From: Terriglobia bacterium
GTDB lineage: Bacteria > Acidobacteriota > Terriglobia > 20CM-2-55-15
Reading direction: 5' to 3'
DNA length: 64,000 bases
NCBI GenBank assembly: GCA_965198265.1
Contig: CBDAPB010000032.1
Location: 194,557 to 258,556, forward strand
The notes beneath the pieces are model-generated. The model was not told the origin of the DNA. It saw only the letters and a list, made by a program, of their open reading frames with translations, and did not search any database. Shown here piece by piece: positions 56,454-64,000 of this stretch; position 1 is the first letter of the stretch, and every line of letters begins with the position of its first letter. Made by a program: the position numbers and the translations under genes.

Positions 56454-57470
56454 CTACTGGCGATCGCTTCGACGGTAGGCGGCTACGGCCCGGTTGTGCT
56501 CGGCCAATGTCTTGGAGAAGGTATGTCGGCCGTCGTCGGTGCGGACAAAGAACAGGAAGTCACTCTCGGCAGGTGAGATCGCGGCCAGGAGCGAGCCGTA
56601 GCCGGGATTAGCGATCGGTCCCGGCGGAAGCTTGGGATACCTGTAGGTGTTGTAGGGCGAGTCGAAATCCAGGTCGACCCGCAGGAGACGGCCGCGATAG
56701 CTCCCGTCCAGGCGGAGCGCGTAGATCACGGTGGGATCGCACTCCAACAGCATGCCCCTCCGCAACCGATTGTGAAAAACCGATGAAATCAGCTCGCGTT
56801 CGTCCGCCACCGCTGCTTCGCTCTCGATGAGGGAAGCCATGATCAACGCGTCTCTCAGATTCAGCGGCCAATCACGCCGGTTCACAGCATCCTCGAGCTG
56901 ACGTACGGCGCTGTCGAAACCCCGCAACATCGCATCGACAGCCTCGGCTGCGGTCACACCGCGCCGGAATGAGTAGGTCTCGGGAAACAGGTAGCCTTCG
57001 ACCGAAACGGCGTCAGCGTCGAACTCCTGGACAGCAGGCAGCGCAGCTTTCGCCGCCTCGAGGAACCCATCGCTGGAGCCCAATTGGGCCGCCTCCCACA
57101 GGTTCGCAATCTCGACCAGAATCAGACCTTCCGGCACGGTGAACGTGTGGAGTCGGATCTCTCCACGGGCCAGCTTTCCGAAGACGCCCTCGACGTTCAA
57201 CGGCTCGTCAAAGAGATACTCCCCCGCCTGCAGCTTTCCGCGATAGGGACTGAAGTACAGGTAGGCCAGCGAAGCATACCGGTGTTGGAGGACACCTCTG
57301 GCGAGGAGCAGTTCGACGATTTCTTCGGACCCGAATCCGGCAGGGATATCCACGACAGTCTCCCCGGAATACCCGCGGTATTGCTGCTCGACGAGAGACC
57401 ATCCGTAGCCGAGCGAGCCCGCGGCGGTCACGGCGAGTAGAGTCACCAGGAGCAGGAGAACTCTTTTCAT
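56454..57470 (-). CDS. mltG: Endolytic murein transglycosylase
   Basis: YceG family, N-terminal transmembrane helix. Confidence 0.9.
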   Translation of the reverse strand: MKRVLLLLVTLLAVTAAGSLGYGWSLVEQQYRGYSGETVVDIPAGFGSEEIVELLLARGVLQHRYASLAYLYFSPYRGKLQAGEYLFDEPLNVEGVFGKLARGEIRLHTFTVPEGLILVEIANLWEAAQLGSSDGFLEAAKAALPAVQEFDADAVSVEGYLFPETYSFRRGVTAAEAVDAMLRGFDSAVRQLEDAVNRRDWPLNLRDALIMASLIESEAAVADERELISSVFHNRLRRGMLLECDPTVIYALRLDGSYRGRLLRVDLDFDSPYNTYRYPKLPPGPIANPGYGSLLAAISPAESDFLFFVRTDDGRHTFSKTLAEHNRAVAAYRRSDRQ

Positions 57471-57886
57471 GAGTGCGTTCCCAGGTAATCCTCGAGAATC
57501 AGCACAGCGGACACCTCGTCGACGTGCTTCCGGCGTTCTCTCCAGTCCAGTCCGAGTTCTTCAAGATGTTGTTCGGCGGCAAAACTCGTCAACCGTTCGT
57601 CCCACAGTGCCACCGGGGTCGGGAGAATTCTCTTCAGGCACTCGGCAAAAGCTTCGGTCTTCTCGCTCTGCGAAGAGACCGTGCCGTCCATGTGCAACGG
57701 GTGCCCGACAACGATCTGGCCGACTTCGTTCTCGGTGGCAAGGCGCCGGATGTGCTCGATATCCGCCTCGACCCTCGTGCGGGTCAGCGTGGGACGCCCC
57801 TGAACGGTCATTCCGAGCGGGTCGGTAATCGCTATACCGATTTTCCTGTCTCCCACGTCTAACGCCATGATGCGTGTCGTTTCCAC
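57467..57886 (-). CDS. ruvX: Putative pre-16S rRNA nuclease / Holliday junction resolvase-like YqgF
   Basis: ALDVGDRKIGIAITD motif. Overlaps the mltG start. Confidence 0.9.
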   Translation of the reverse strand: METTRIMALDVGDRKIGIAITDPLGMTVQGRPTLTRTRVEADIEHIRRLATENEVGQIVVGHPLHMDGTVSSQSEKTEAFAECLKRILPTPVALWDERLTSFAAEQHLEELGLDWRERRKHVDEVSAVLILEDYLGTHS

Positions 57887-57967
57887 GCCCTATGATAACC
57901 CGCGCGCCGCATAAAAAAGGGACTCGTGGGCGGAACCGCTCAAGCTATAATCATTGGATAGCGCGTC

Positions 57968-59182
57968 ATGTGGAGGTTTCAGTTGAACTCGAAGACCAAG
58001 TACACGATCTTGCTGATTTCGTCTGTCGTGGTCGTCTACGCCATCATCGGCGGGATGATGGGTCGCGCCAGCGCCCAGAACGGTTCGTATCAGCAACTGT
58101 CCATATTCATGGAAGTGATCAACCGCATCCAAAACGACTACGTCGACGATACCAGCCTGACGGATGCGTTCGCGGGCGCTATCCGCGGCATGGTCGAACG
58201 GGTCGACCCCTATGGCGGCTATCTCTCTCCGGAGTCGGTCAGCTTTTATGAAGATTTTGATCCCCGAACAGGCGCGGGCATCGGCGTCACCCTGGCCAAG
58301 AAGTTCGACTACCCGATGATCGTCTCGGCGGTTCCAGGTGGACCTGCCGCGCGGGCGGGTTTCGGCACGGGAGACACGATCGAGGCCATCGGGGGCGAGT
58401 CGCTACGCGAGCGTAATCTCGTGGAAGTCCATCAATTGCTGGCGGGCCCGGCCGGCAGCGAAGTCGAGATGGCTATCATCCGCCGACGCCGTCCGGCGCC
58501 CGAAATAGTGACCCTGACCCGGGCCGTCGTCGAGGCCCCGGCCGTCGAAACCCGGCTTCTGGACCAGAAGGTCGGTTACCTCAAGGTTCCGATACTGGCA
58601 CCGGGCAAAGCGCTGGAGGCCAAGAGGAAACTGGAATCTCTGATCGAACAGGACGCAGCACATATCGTCCTGGACTTGAGAAACGCCGCGGGCGGGACGC
58701 CGCCGGAGGCTTTCGAGCTCGCAAACCTCTTTGTGGAATCTGGCACGCTGGGCTATCTCGACGGCCAGACTGTCGAGCGCGAAACCTTTACGGCCAAGGC
58801 TGGTAACGCGATATCCGCGCTGCCGCTCGTAGTCCTGATAAACCAGGGGACGGCGGATGCGGCGGAGATGGCGGCAGCGGCGATCGCAGAAAACGACCGC
58901 GGAGAGCTCGTCGGGCTGAGAACCTTCGGCATGGGGTCCGTCCAACGGCTTCTGCCGCTCGATGACGGCTGGGCGCTTCTGTTGTCGGTCGCCAACTATT
59001 ACACGCCGAACGGCCGAGAAATCCAGAAGGAGGGCATCGAACCGACAATCGAGGTCGCCGAGGCGGCGGCCCTCGATCCGCTGGCAAGCCCGACCGAAAC
59101 CAGTTCTGAGACCGACCGTCAGCTGGATCGGGCTATCGAGATTCTCCTGAGTCCCGCCGATGCCGCCGACAAGGCGGCCTGA
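57968..59182 (+). CDS. S41 family C-terminal processing peptidase with PDZ domain
   Basis: Transmembrane helix or signal, PDZ, S41 catalytic region. Confidence 0.9.
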   Translation: MWRFQLNSKTKYTILLISSVVVVYAIIGGMMGRASAQNGSYQQLSIFMEVINRIQNDYVDDTSLTDAFAGAIRGMVERVDPYGGYLSPESVSFYEDFDPRTGAGIGVTLAKKFDYPMIVSAVPGGPAARAGFGTGDTIEAIGGESLRERNLVEVHQLLAGPAGSEVEMAIIRRRRPAPEIVTLTRAVVEAPAVETRLLDQKVGYLKVPILAPGKALEAKRKLESLIEQDAAHIVLDLRNAAGGTPPEAFELANLFVESGTLGYLDGQTVERETFTAKAGNAISALPLVVLINQGTADAAEMAAAAIAENDRGELVGLRTFGMGSVQRLLPLDDGWALLLSVANYYTPNGREIQKEGIEPTIEVAEAAALDPLASPTETSSETDRQLDRAIEILLSPADAADKAA

Positions 59183-59279
59183 GACCAACCCAGCTTATAT
59201 GTCGCCCGGCCCCGCTGAAATCGAGGTCCGCGAGTTCCTGACGGCTCATTGCTGCCGGATCGTGGGCTTCCACACCACA

Positions 59280-59564
59280 CTAGTGGCCTGTAACGGAGAT
59301 ATCGGTACCAGCGTTGCGGTGGAACGGCACCGGATTCTAGGAGCCGACGACGAGGTAATGCTCCTACATTGCGAGGAGGAGCGACAACGAAGACGGTGCC
59401 GTTCCGCCGCAACCCTCCGGGCCGATGGGGGTTGCCGTCGATCTCTTTGTCGTTCGTCGTCATGATGAAACCGCATCAATCGCGGCGAAGTCCTCCTCTC
59501 TCCTCGACCTCGACTGGCAAGACCCATCGGCGATGGTGCCGATATCTCCGTTACAGGCCACTAG
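59280..59564 (-). repeat. Stem-bounded conserved element, copy 2 (opposite orientation): a 30-bp inverted repeat (1 mismatch) enclosing the homologous core; the right arm ends 1 nt before the ABC-F ATG
   Basis: 59280-59309 is reverse-complementary to 59535-59564. The mini-ORF MRFHHDDERQ... lies on the minus strand from 59476. Confidence 0.8.
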
Positions 59565-59565
59565 C

Positions 59566-61437
59566 ATGCTCGTTCGGTTCCAAGACGTTTCAAAATCCTT
59601 CGGCGCTTTCGACGTTCTCCGTGAGATCTCCTTCCAGATTCAGCCGGGCCAGAAGGTCGGGCTGATCGGCGCAAACGGAGCGGGCAAGACCACCCTGCTC
59701 TCGCTCATTACTGGTCCGGAGGAGCCGGATTCCGGTCGGGTGACTCGCGCTTCCGACCTGCGGGCTGGAAAGCTGGACCAGGTTCCGGACTTCCACGAAC
59801 GCACCAGCGTCCTGGACTCGGCGCTCGAATCCTTTGTCCGACTGCGCGCCGTCGAAAGCCAGCTCGGCGAAATGGAGACTTCCATCGCCGATAGGCCGGA
59901 TCCCGATCTACTCGAGCGGTACTCGCAGCTGCAACATGAGTTCGAATTCCAGGGAGGTTACAGCTACCGGGCACGGACGGAAGCGGCGCTCCAGGGAGTT
60001 GGATTCCGCCGCGAGCAGTTCGTCCAACCGGCCAACTCGCTGTCCGGAGGCGAGAAGAACCGGCTGGCACTGGCCCGTCTGTTGCTCTCCGACGTCGATC
60101 TGTTTTTACTCGACGAACCGACCAATCACCTGGACATCCGATCGATCGAATGGCTGGAACACTACCTGCGGGAAACAGACCGTGCGCTGCTCATGGTTTC
60201 GCACGATCGTTTCTTCCTGGACCGGATCGTGTCGCGCATCCTGGACCTGCGGCAGGGTCGCATCGACGAATACGCCGGAAACTATTCCGCCTACCTGCGT
60301 CAGCACGCCGAACGTATGGAGCTCCAACGGAAGGAGTGGCGGCGACAGCAGGAATGGATCGCCCGCACCGAGGACTACATCCGGCGCAACATCGCAGGGC
60401 AGAAAACGCGCCAGGCCCAATCACGCAGGAACGCGTTGGCTCGGATCCAGCGGATCGAACGACCCATGGGAGCATCCGACCAGGTGAAGTTTCGATTTCA
60501 GTCGCCGGCACGGATCGGCCGTTATGTGATCACGGCACGGGGGCTCTCGGTAGGCTACCCAGACAGAACGATCCTGGAGGAACTGGACGTCGACGTGGAG
60601 CGAGGGGAACGATGGGCCCTGGTCGGCCCCAACGGTTCAGGCAAAACAACGTTGCTGAAGTCTCTCGTCGGCGGGGTGCCGCCGCTGGCCGGCGAGCTCT
60701 CCTGGGATGAACGCCTCGAGATCGGCTATTACGATCAACAGATGGAAGATCTGAACGGGTCCGAGTCCGTCGTGGGAGAACTACGCGCTATGGATTCCGA
60801 GCCCACCGACGGGGAACTGCGCTCGTTCCTGGCGCAATTCCTCTTCCAGGGCGACGAAGTCTTCAAGAGAATCTCGGACCTGAGCGGCGGGGAGAAGTCG
60901 CGCCTGTCGCTTGCAAAGATCATATACGCGGGTCCGACGCTGCTGGCGTTGGACGAGCCCACGAACCACCTGGACATCGCCTCACGCGAAGCGCTGGAGA
61001 TCGCCCTGGACCAATACCCCGGAACCATGCTGTTCGTGACCCACGACCGCTACCTGGTGCAGAAGATCGCGAGTCACATCATCTACCTCGACGGGGAGAG
61101 AGCGGAGTCGTTCGATCGTTTCGACGCTTTCGAAGCATGGCTGGCCTCTTCGATCGCCTCGAAGCCGGAAAAGAAAGAACCGCCGGCGAACCAACAACCC
61201 GGGAAGGAAGTTCCAGGACTCAGCAAGAATCGACGGGAGCGATTGATGCGGGAGATCCATGAACTCGAGGGGCAGATCGCAGCCGCGGAAGGAAAGATCA
61301 CGGAAATCGAAGGCCTTTTTCAGAAGCCGTCTCCCGAAACCGATTGGGACAAGACGAACCGACGCTATGCGGACCTGAAACAGGAGGTCGAGCAGCTCTA
61401 CGAGGAGCTGAACAACCGGCTGGCGATTATCGGGTAG
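59566..61437 (+). CDS. ABC-F family ATPase (two ABC domains with inter-domain linker; EttA/Uup-like)
   Basis: Two Walker A motifs (GANGAGKTT, GPNGSGKTT), two LSGGE signatures, C-terminal coiled coil. Start at MLVRFQDV. Confidence 0.9.
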   Translation: MLVRFQDVSKSFGAFDVLREISFQIQPGQKVGLIGANGAGKTTLLSLITGPEEPDSGRVTRASDLRAGKLDQVPDFHERTSVLDSALESFVRLRAVESQLGEMETSIADRPDPDLLERYSQLQHEFEFQGGYSYRARTEAALQGVGFRREQFVQPANSLSGGEKNRLALARLLLSDVDLFLLDEPTNHLDIRSIEWLEHYLRETDRALLMVSHDRFFLDRIVSRILDLRQGRIDEYAGNYSAYLRQHAERMELQRKEWRRQQEWIARTEDYIRRNIAGQKTRQAQSRRNALARIQRIERPMGASDQVKFRFQSPARIGRYVITARGLSVGYPDRTILEELDVDVERGERWALVGPNGSGKTTLLKSLVGGVPPLAGELSWDERLEIGYYDQQMEDLNGSESVVGELRAMDSEPTDGELRSFLAQFLFQGDEVFKRISDLSGGEKSRLSLAKIIYAGPTLLALDEPTNHLDIASREALEIALDQYPGTMLFVTHDRYLVQKIASHIIYLDGERAESFDRFDAFEAWLASSIASKPEKKEPPANQQPGKEVPGLSKNRRERLMREIHELEGQIAAAEGKITEIEGLFQKPSPETDWDKTNRRYADLKQEVEQLYEELNNRLAIIG

Positions 61438-61524
61438 TTCGCGATAGAAGCGCCCGCTCGGGTCGAGCCGTGGATTCGGCATTGTGGCCCGTGACATAAT
61501 CGTCCGTTAAGGAGAAAGAGTTTC

Positions 61525-61944
61525 ATGAGAGCCTTCCGCCCGGTAACCCTCTGTATCCTGGCCATTGGAATCGCGGGGCTCGCATCCGCTCAAGACGATA
61601 AGATCGCCGTCGCCGAGGAGGCTGCCCTCGCGTGGCTGGCGACGGTCGACGAAGGGAACTACGGTGGGAGTTGGGACGAGGCCGCGAGATTCTTCAAGGG
61701 GCAGGTATCCCGATCGCGATGGCAGGATGGAGCGCGAGCCGCGCGGGGCCCTCAGGGAGCGCTGGATTCCCGCAATGTTCGCTCGAGCCAGTACGAAACC
61801 GAACTGCCCGGCGCCCCCGAGGGCGAATACGTCGTGGTCCAATACGACAGCTCGTTCGCCAACAACCGCTCCGCCATCGAGACGATCAGTCTGGTGCTGG
61901 ACGGGGATCGCGGGTGGCGGGTCACCGGATACTTAGTACGGTAG
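61525..61944 (+). CDS. Secreted DUF4019-like protein
   Basis: Signal peptide. Family assignment tentative. Confidence 0.55.
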   Translation: MRAFRPVTLCILAIGIAGLASAQDDKIAVAEEAALAWLATVDEGNYGGSWDEAARFFKGQVSRSRWQDGARAARGPQGALDSRNVRSSQYETELPGAPEGEYVVVQYDSSFANNRSAIETISLVLDGDRGWRVTGYLVR

Positions 61945-61994
61945 AAAATAGACGCGGCTTCGAGTCTCCGAAGAGGTCTCGGTGCCGGCGGGCG

Positions 61995-62057
61995 TAGGTG
62001 CGCTCTATGAGCGCACATCGTTTCGGCTCGAAGAATGTGCGGTCATAGACCGCACCT
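61995..62057. repeat. REP/BIME-like double palindrome (two inverted copies of GTAGGTGCGCTCTATGAGCGCACAT) abutting the IS left end
   Basis: Hairpin 1 (61995-62021) and hairpin 2 (62034-62057) are reverse complements of each other with compensatory changes. Confidence 0.7.
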
Positions 62058-62107
62058 ACACCACCCTGGAGATCCGCATCAGAAAAACCCCCTCGAGAAA
62101 ATGCGGA

Positions 62108-63652
62108 CTAGGAGTCTGCGCGGCAGAAGGACCGGAATTGGGCGGATAGAGATCGAAGATAGGACATGTCACGAACATATCGAACCTATATCCCAGAACA
62201 GAGCCTGCTGCTGCCGCCGTCGCTGAGAGATTGGTTGGCCGAAGATCACCTGTCGTACTTCATATCGGACACGGTGGACGCCATGGATTTGAGCGCGTTT
62301 GAGCAGCGGTATGGAACGGACGGACCGGGCAATCAAGCGTACGATCCGCGGATGATGGTGAAGGTGTTGATCTACGGGTACGCGACCGGGGTGTTCTCGT
62401 CGCGGAAGATCGCGGCGAAGTTGACCGACGACGTGGCGTTCCGGATGTTGGGAGCGGAGAACTTTCCGGCGCACCGTACGATCTCGGATTTTCGCAAACT
62501 GCATCTTGAGGAGTTCGGGAACCTGTTTGTGCAAGTGGTGATGATGGCGCGGGAAGCGGGACTGGTGAAGATGGGAACCGTGGCGGTGGACGGAACCAAG
62601 ATGCGGGCGAATGCGAGCAAACGCAAAGCGATGAGCTATGAACGGATGAAGAAGCAGGAGACCGAATTGGGCGAACAGATTCGGGATCTGTTGAACCGGG
62701 CTACGGCGACCGATGAGGAAGAAGACCAGCGATACGGCAAGGACCGGCGCGGAGACGAACTGCCCGATGGGTTGTCGACCCGCAAAAAGCGATTGGCCAC
62801 GATCCAGGCAGCAATGAAACGGCTCGAAGAACGTCAGATGGCTGCGGACCAGGAAGCGGGACGGGAACCGGGAGACGACAAACCCGGATGCGGAAAGAAG
62901 CCATTCAAACGCCCCATGGGCGAGCCCAAACCGACGGCCCAGGACAACTTCACAGATCCGGAAAGCCGGATCATGAAAACCTCCACTGAAGGGTTCCAGC
63001 AATGCTACAACGCGCAGGCGGTGGTGGATTCCGAGGCCCGGATCATCGTAGCGACAACGGTGAGTTCCAATGCGTCCGACGCGGGACAGTTGGAACCGAC
63101 CCTGGATGCGTTGAACAACAACCTGGGAGAGCATCCCGAACGTGTACTGGCCGATGCGGGATATCGATCCGAGTCGAATCTAGGGATGTTGGAACAACGT
63201 CAGATTGACGGGTATGTTGCCATGGGTCGCGAGAAGAATCTGGCCGATGTTCCACTCCCACCCAAAGACACTGCTGTTGGCCGGATGATGAGAAAGATGA
63301 AAACCAAGCGTGGGCGCGACCGCTACCGGGCCAGAAAGCACATTGGCGAGCCGCCCTTCGGGTGGATCAAGTCGGTGCTCGGATTCCGACAGTTCAGTCT
63401 ACGCGGTTTGGACAAAGTGACCGGTGAGTGGAACCTGCTCACTCTGGCGGTGAACTTACGGCGGATGAACGGGATGATCGAATGGGCATAATCCGGAAAA
63501 CCGGAACCCAGCAGACCCGATACACGGCCAATTACTGGTATCCGTACAGCTCTGAACTCCTCGTATCGGAAGAATCGATGGGTTCTCCTCCGAAGACCCT
63601 CTCAAATCCCAATAAATTCGAGTTCTTCGCGCTCTGCCGCGCAGACTCCTAG
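62108..63652 (+). mobile_element. IS1182-family insertion sequence (about 1.55 kb) with 20-bp terminal inverted repeats CTAGGAGTCTGCGCGGCAGA
   Basis: The left inverted repeat at 62108-62127 is perfectly reverse-complementary to 63633-63652. Contains a single DDE transposase. GC content is lower than the host. Confidence 0.85.
62166..63491 (+). CDS. IS1182-family DDE transposase
   Basis: 441 aa, N-terminal InsH-like domain, DDE region (DGTKMRAN...DAGY). Confidence 0.9.
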   Translation: MSRTYRTYIPEQSLLLPPSLRDWLAEDHLSYFISDTVDAMDLSAFEQRYGTDGPGNQAYDPRMMVKVLIYGYATGVFSSRKIAAKLTDDVAFRMLGAENFPAHRTISDFRKLHLEEFGNLFVQVVMMAREAGLVKMGTVAVDGTKMRANASKRKAMSYERMKKQETELGEQIRDLLNRATATDEEEDQRYGKDRRGDELPDGLSTRKKRLATIQAAMKRLEERQMAADQEAGREPGDDKPGCGKKPFKRPMGEPKPTAQDNFTDPESRIMKTSTEGFQQCYNAQAVVDSEARIIVATTVSSNASDAGQLEPTLDALNNNLGEHPERVLADAGYRSESNLGMLEQRQIDGYVAMGREKNLADVPLPPKDTAVGRMMRKMKTKRGRDRYRARKHIGEPPFGWIKSVLGFRQFSLRGLDKVTGEWNLLTLAVNLRRMNGMIEWA

Positions 63653-63987
63653 CTGCTGATGTAACTCTCCAGTTGCGAGATCTGGAACTGCTGGTCGGCG
63701 ATGATGTCACGCACGAGGTCGTTGATCGAAATCATCCCTAACAGTTCTTCGCCGTCGAGGACCGGCAGGTGCCGGCAGCGCCGGTCGGTCATCACTGCCA
63801 TACATTCCTTGATGGTCTGTTTGGGCTGCGCGTAGATCACGGGGCTGGACATGATGTCGGCAACCGGCGTGTCGCGCGAGGACTTGCCTTCGAGGATAAC
63901 CTTACGGGCGTAATCCCGTTCCGACAGCATGCCAACAGGGCGACCGTCTTTCACGACCAACACGGCCCCGATTTCCTTCTCAGCCAT
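63649..63987 (-). CDS. CBS-domain pair protein (N-terminus may lie beyond window end)
   Basis: Two CBS motifs. The stop codon lies inside the IS right terminal repeat. Confidence 0.75.
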   Translation of the reverse strand: MAEKEIGAVLVVKDGRPVGMLSERDYARKVILEGKSSRDTPVADIMSSPVIYAQPKQTIKECMAVMTDRRCRHLPVLDGEELLGMISINDLVRDIIADQQFQISQLESYISS

Positions 63988-64000
63988 CAGCTTGAGGGCG

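Overview
High-GC (about 65%) chromosomal segment from a flagellated Gram-negative bacterium; the taxon cannot be named from sequence alone. Gene content would fit Acidobacteriota, Gemmatimonadota or Deltaproteobacteria, but this is only a guess.

1-9751, minus strand: a flagellar operon of eleven genes, flgB-flgC-fliE-fliF-fliG-fliH-fliI-fliJ-fliK-flgD-flgE. It is headed, at 9748-14256, by a sigma54-type two-component module: an NtrC-like response regulator, a cytoplasmic histidine kinase, a receiver/coiled-coil response regulator, and a divergent second sigma54 activator.

14257-35866: an HD-GYP remnant, a VWA protein, a ferredoxin and the flagellin gene fliC (with a sigma28-like promoter and a clean terminator), followed by housekeeping genes: pcm, pgeF, acpS, a MiaB-like methylthiotransferase, purE/purD, an HNH endonuclease, lepB, galU, rsmI, mfd and an hldE-like gene.

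35982-40235: an alpha/beta-hydrolase fused to a membrane domain, then a pair of M16 peptidases.

40288-49081: an aromatic-catabolism-like cluster (extradiol dioxygenase, Rieske oxygenase, meta-cleavage-type hydrolase, thiamine-diphosphate enzyme, aldehyde dehydrogenase, MFS transporter).

49149-61944: folK, a cyclase, an M61-PDZ peptidase, rmlC, an amidohydrolase, a dienelactone hydrolase, mltG, ruvX, an S41 protease, an ABC-F ATPase and a DUF4019 protein.

62108-64000: an IS1182-family insertion sequence, then a CBS-domain gene cut by the window edge.

The features most worth follow-up:
- A secreted TlpA/redoxin-like selenoprotein (17692-18204) with an in-frame UGA and a SECIS-like hairpin. 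The ORF track splits it into two ORFs.
- A family of at least nine intergenic elements built from tandem heptanucleotide repeats in inverted arms. They fill gene junctions precisely and sometimes encode the last codons of the flanking gene.
- A conserved element of about 275 nt in two copies (17422-17694 and 59280-59564). Each copy is closed by a different but perfectly self-complementary 30-32 bp stem and carries a conserved Shine-Dalgarno-preceded mini-ORF starting MRFHHDDE.
- The IS1182 insertion, which lies beside a REP-like double palindrome and overlaps a stop codon.

No rRNA, tRNA or CRISPR array was recognised. Hand-derived coordinates may be off by 2-3 nt.
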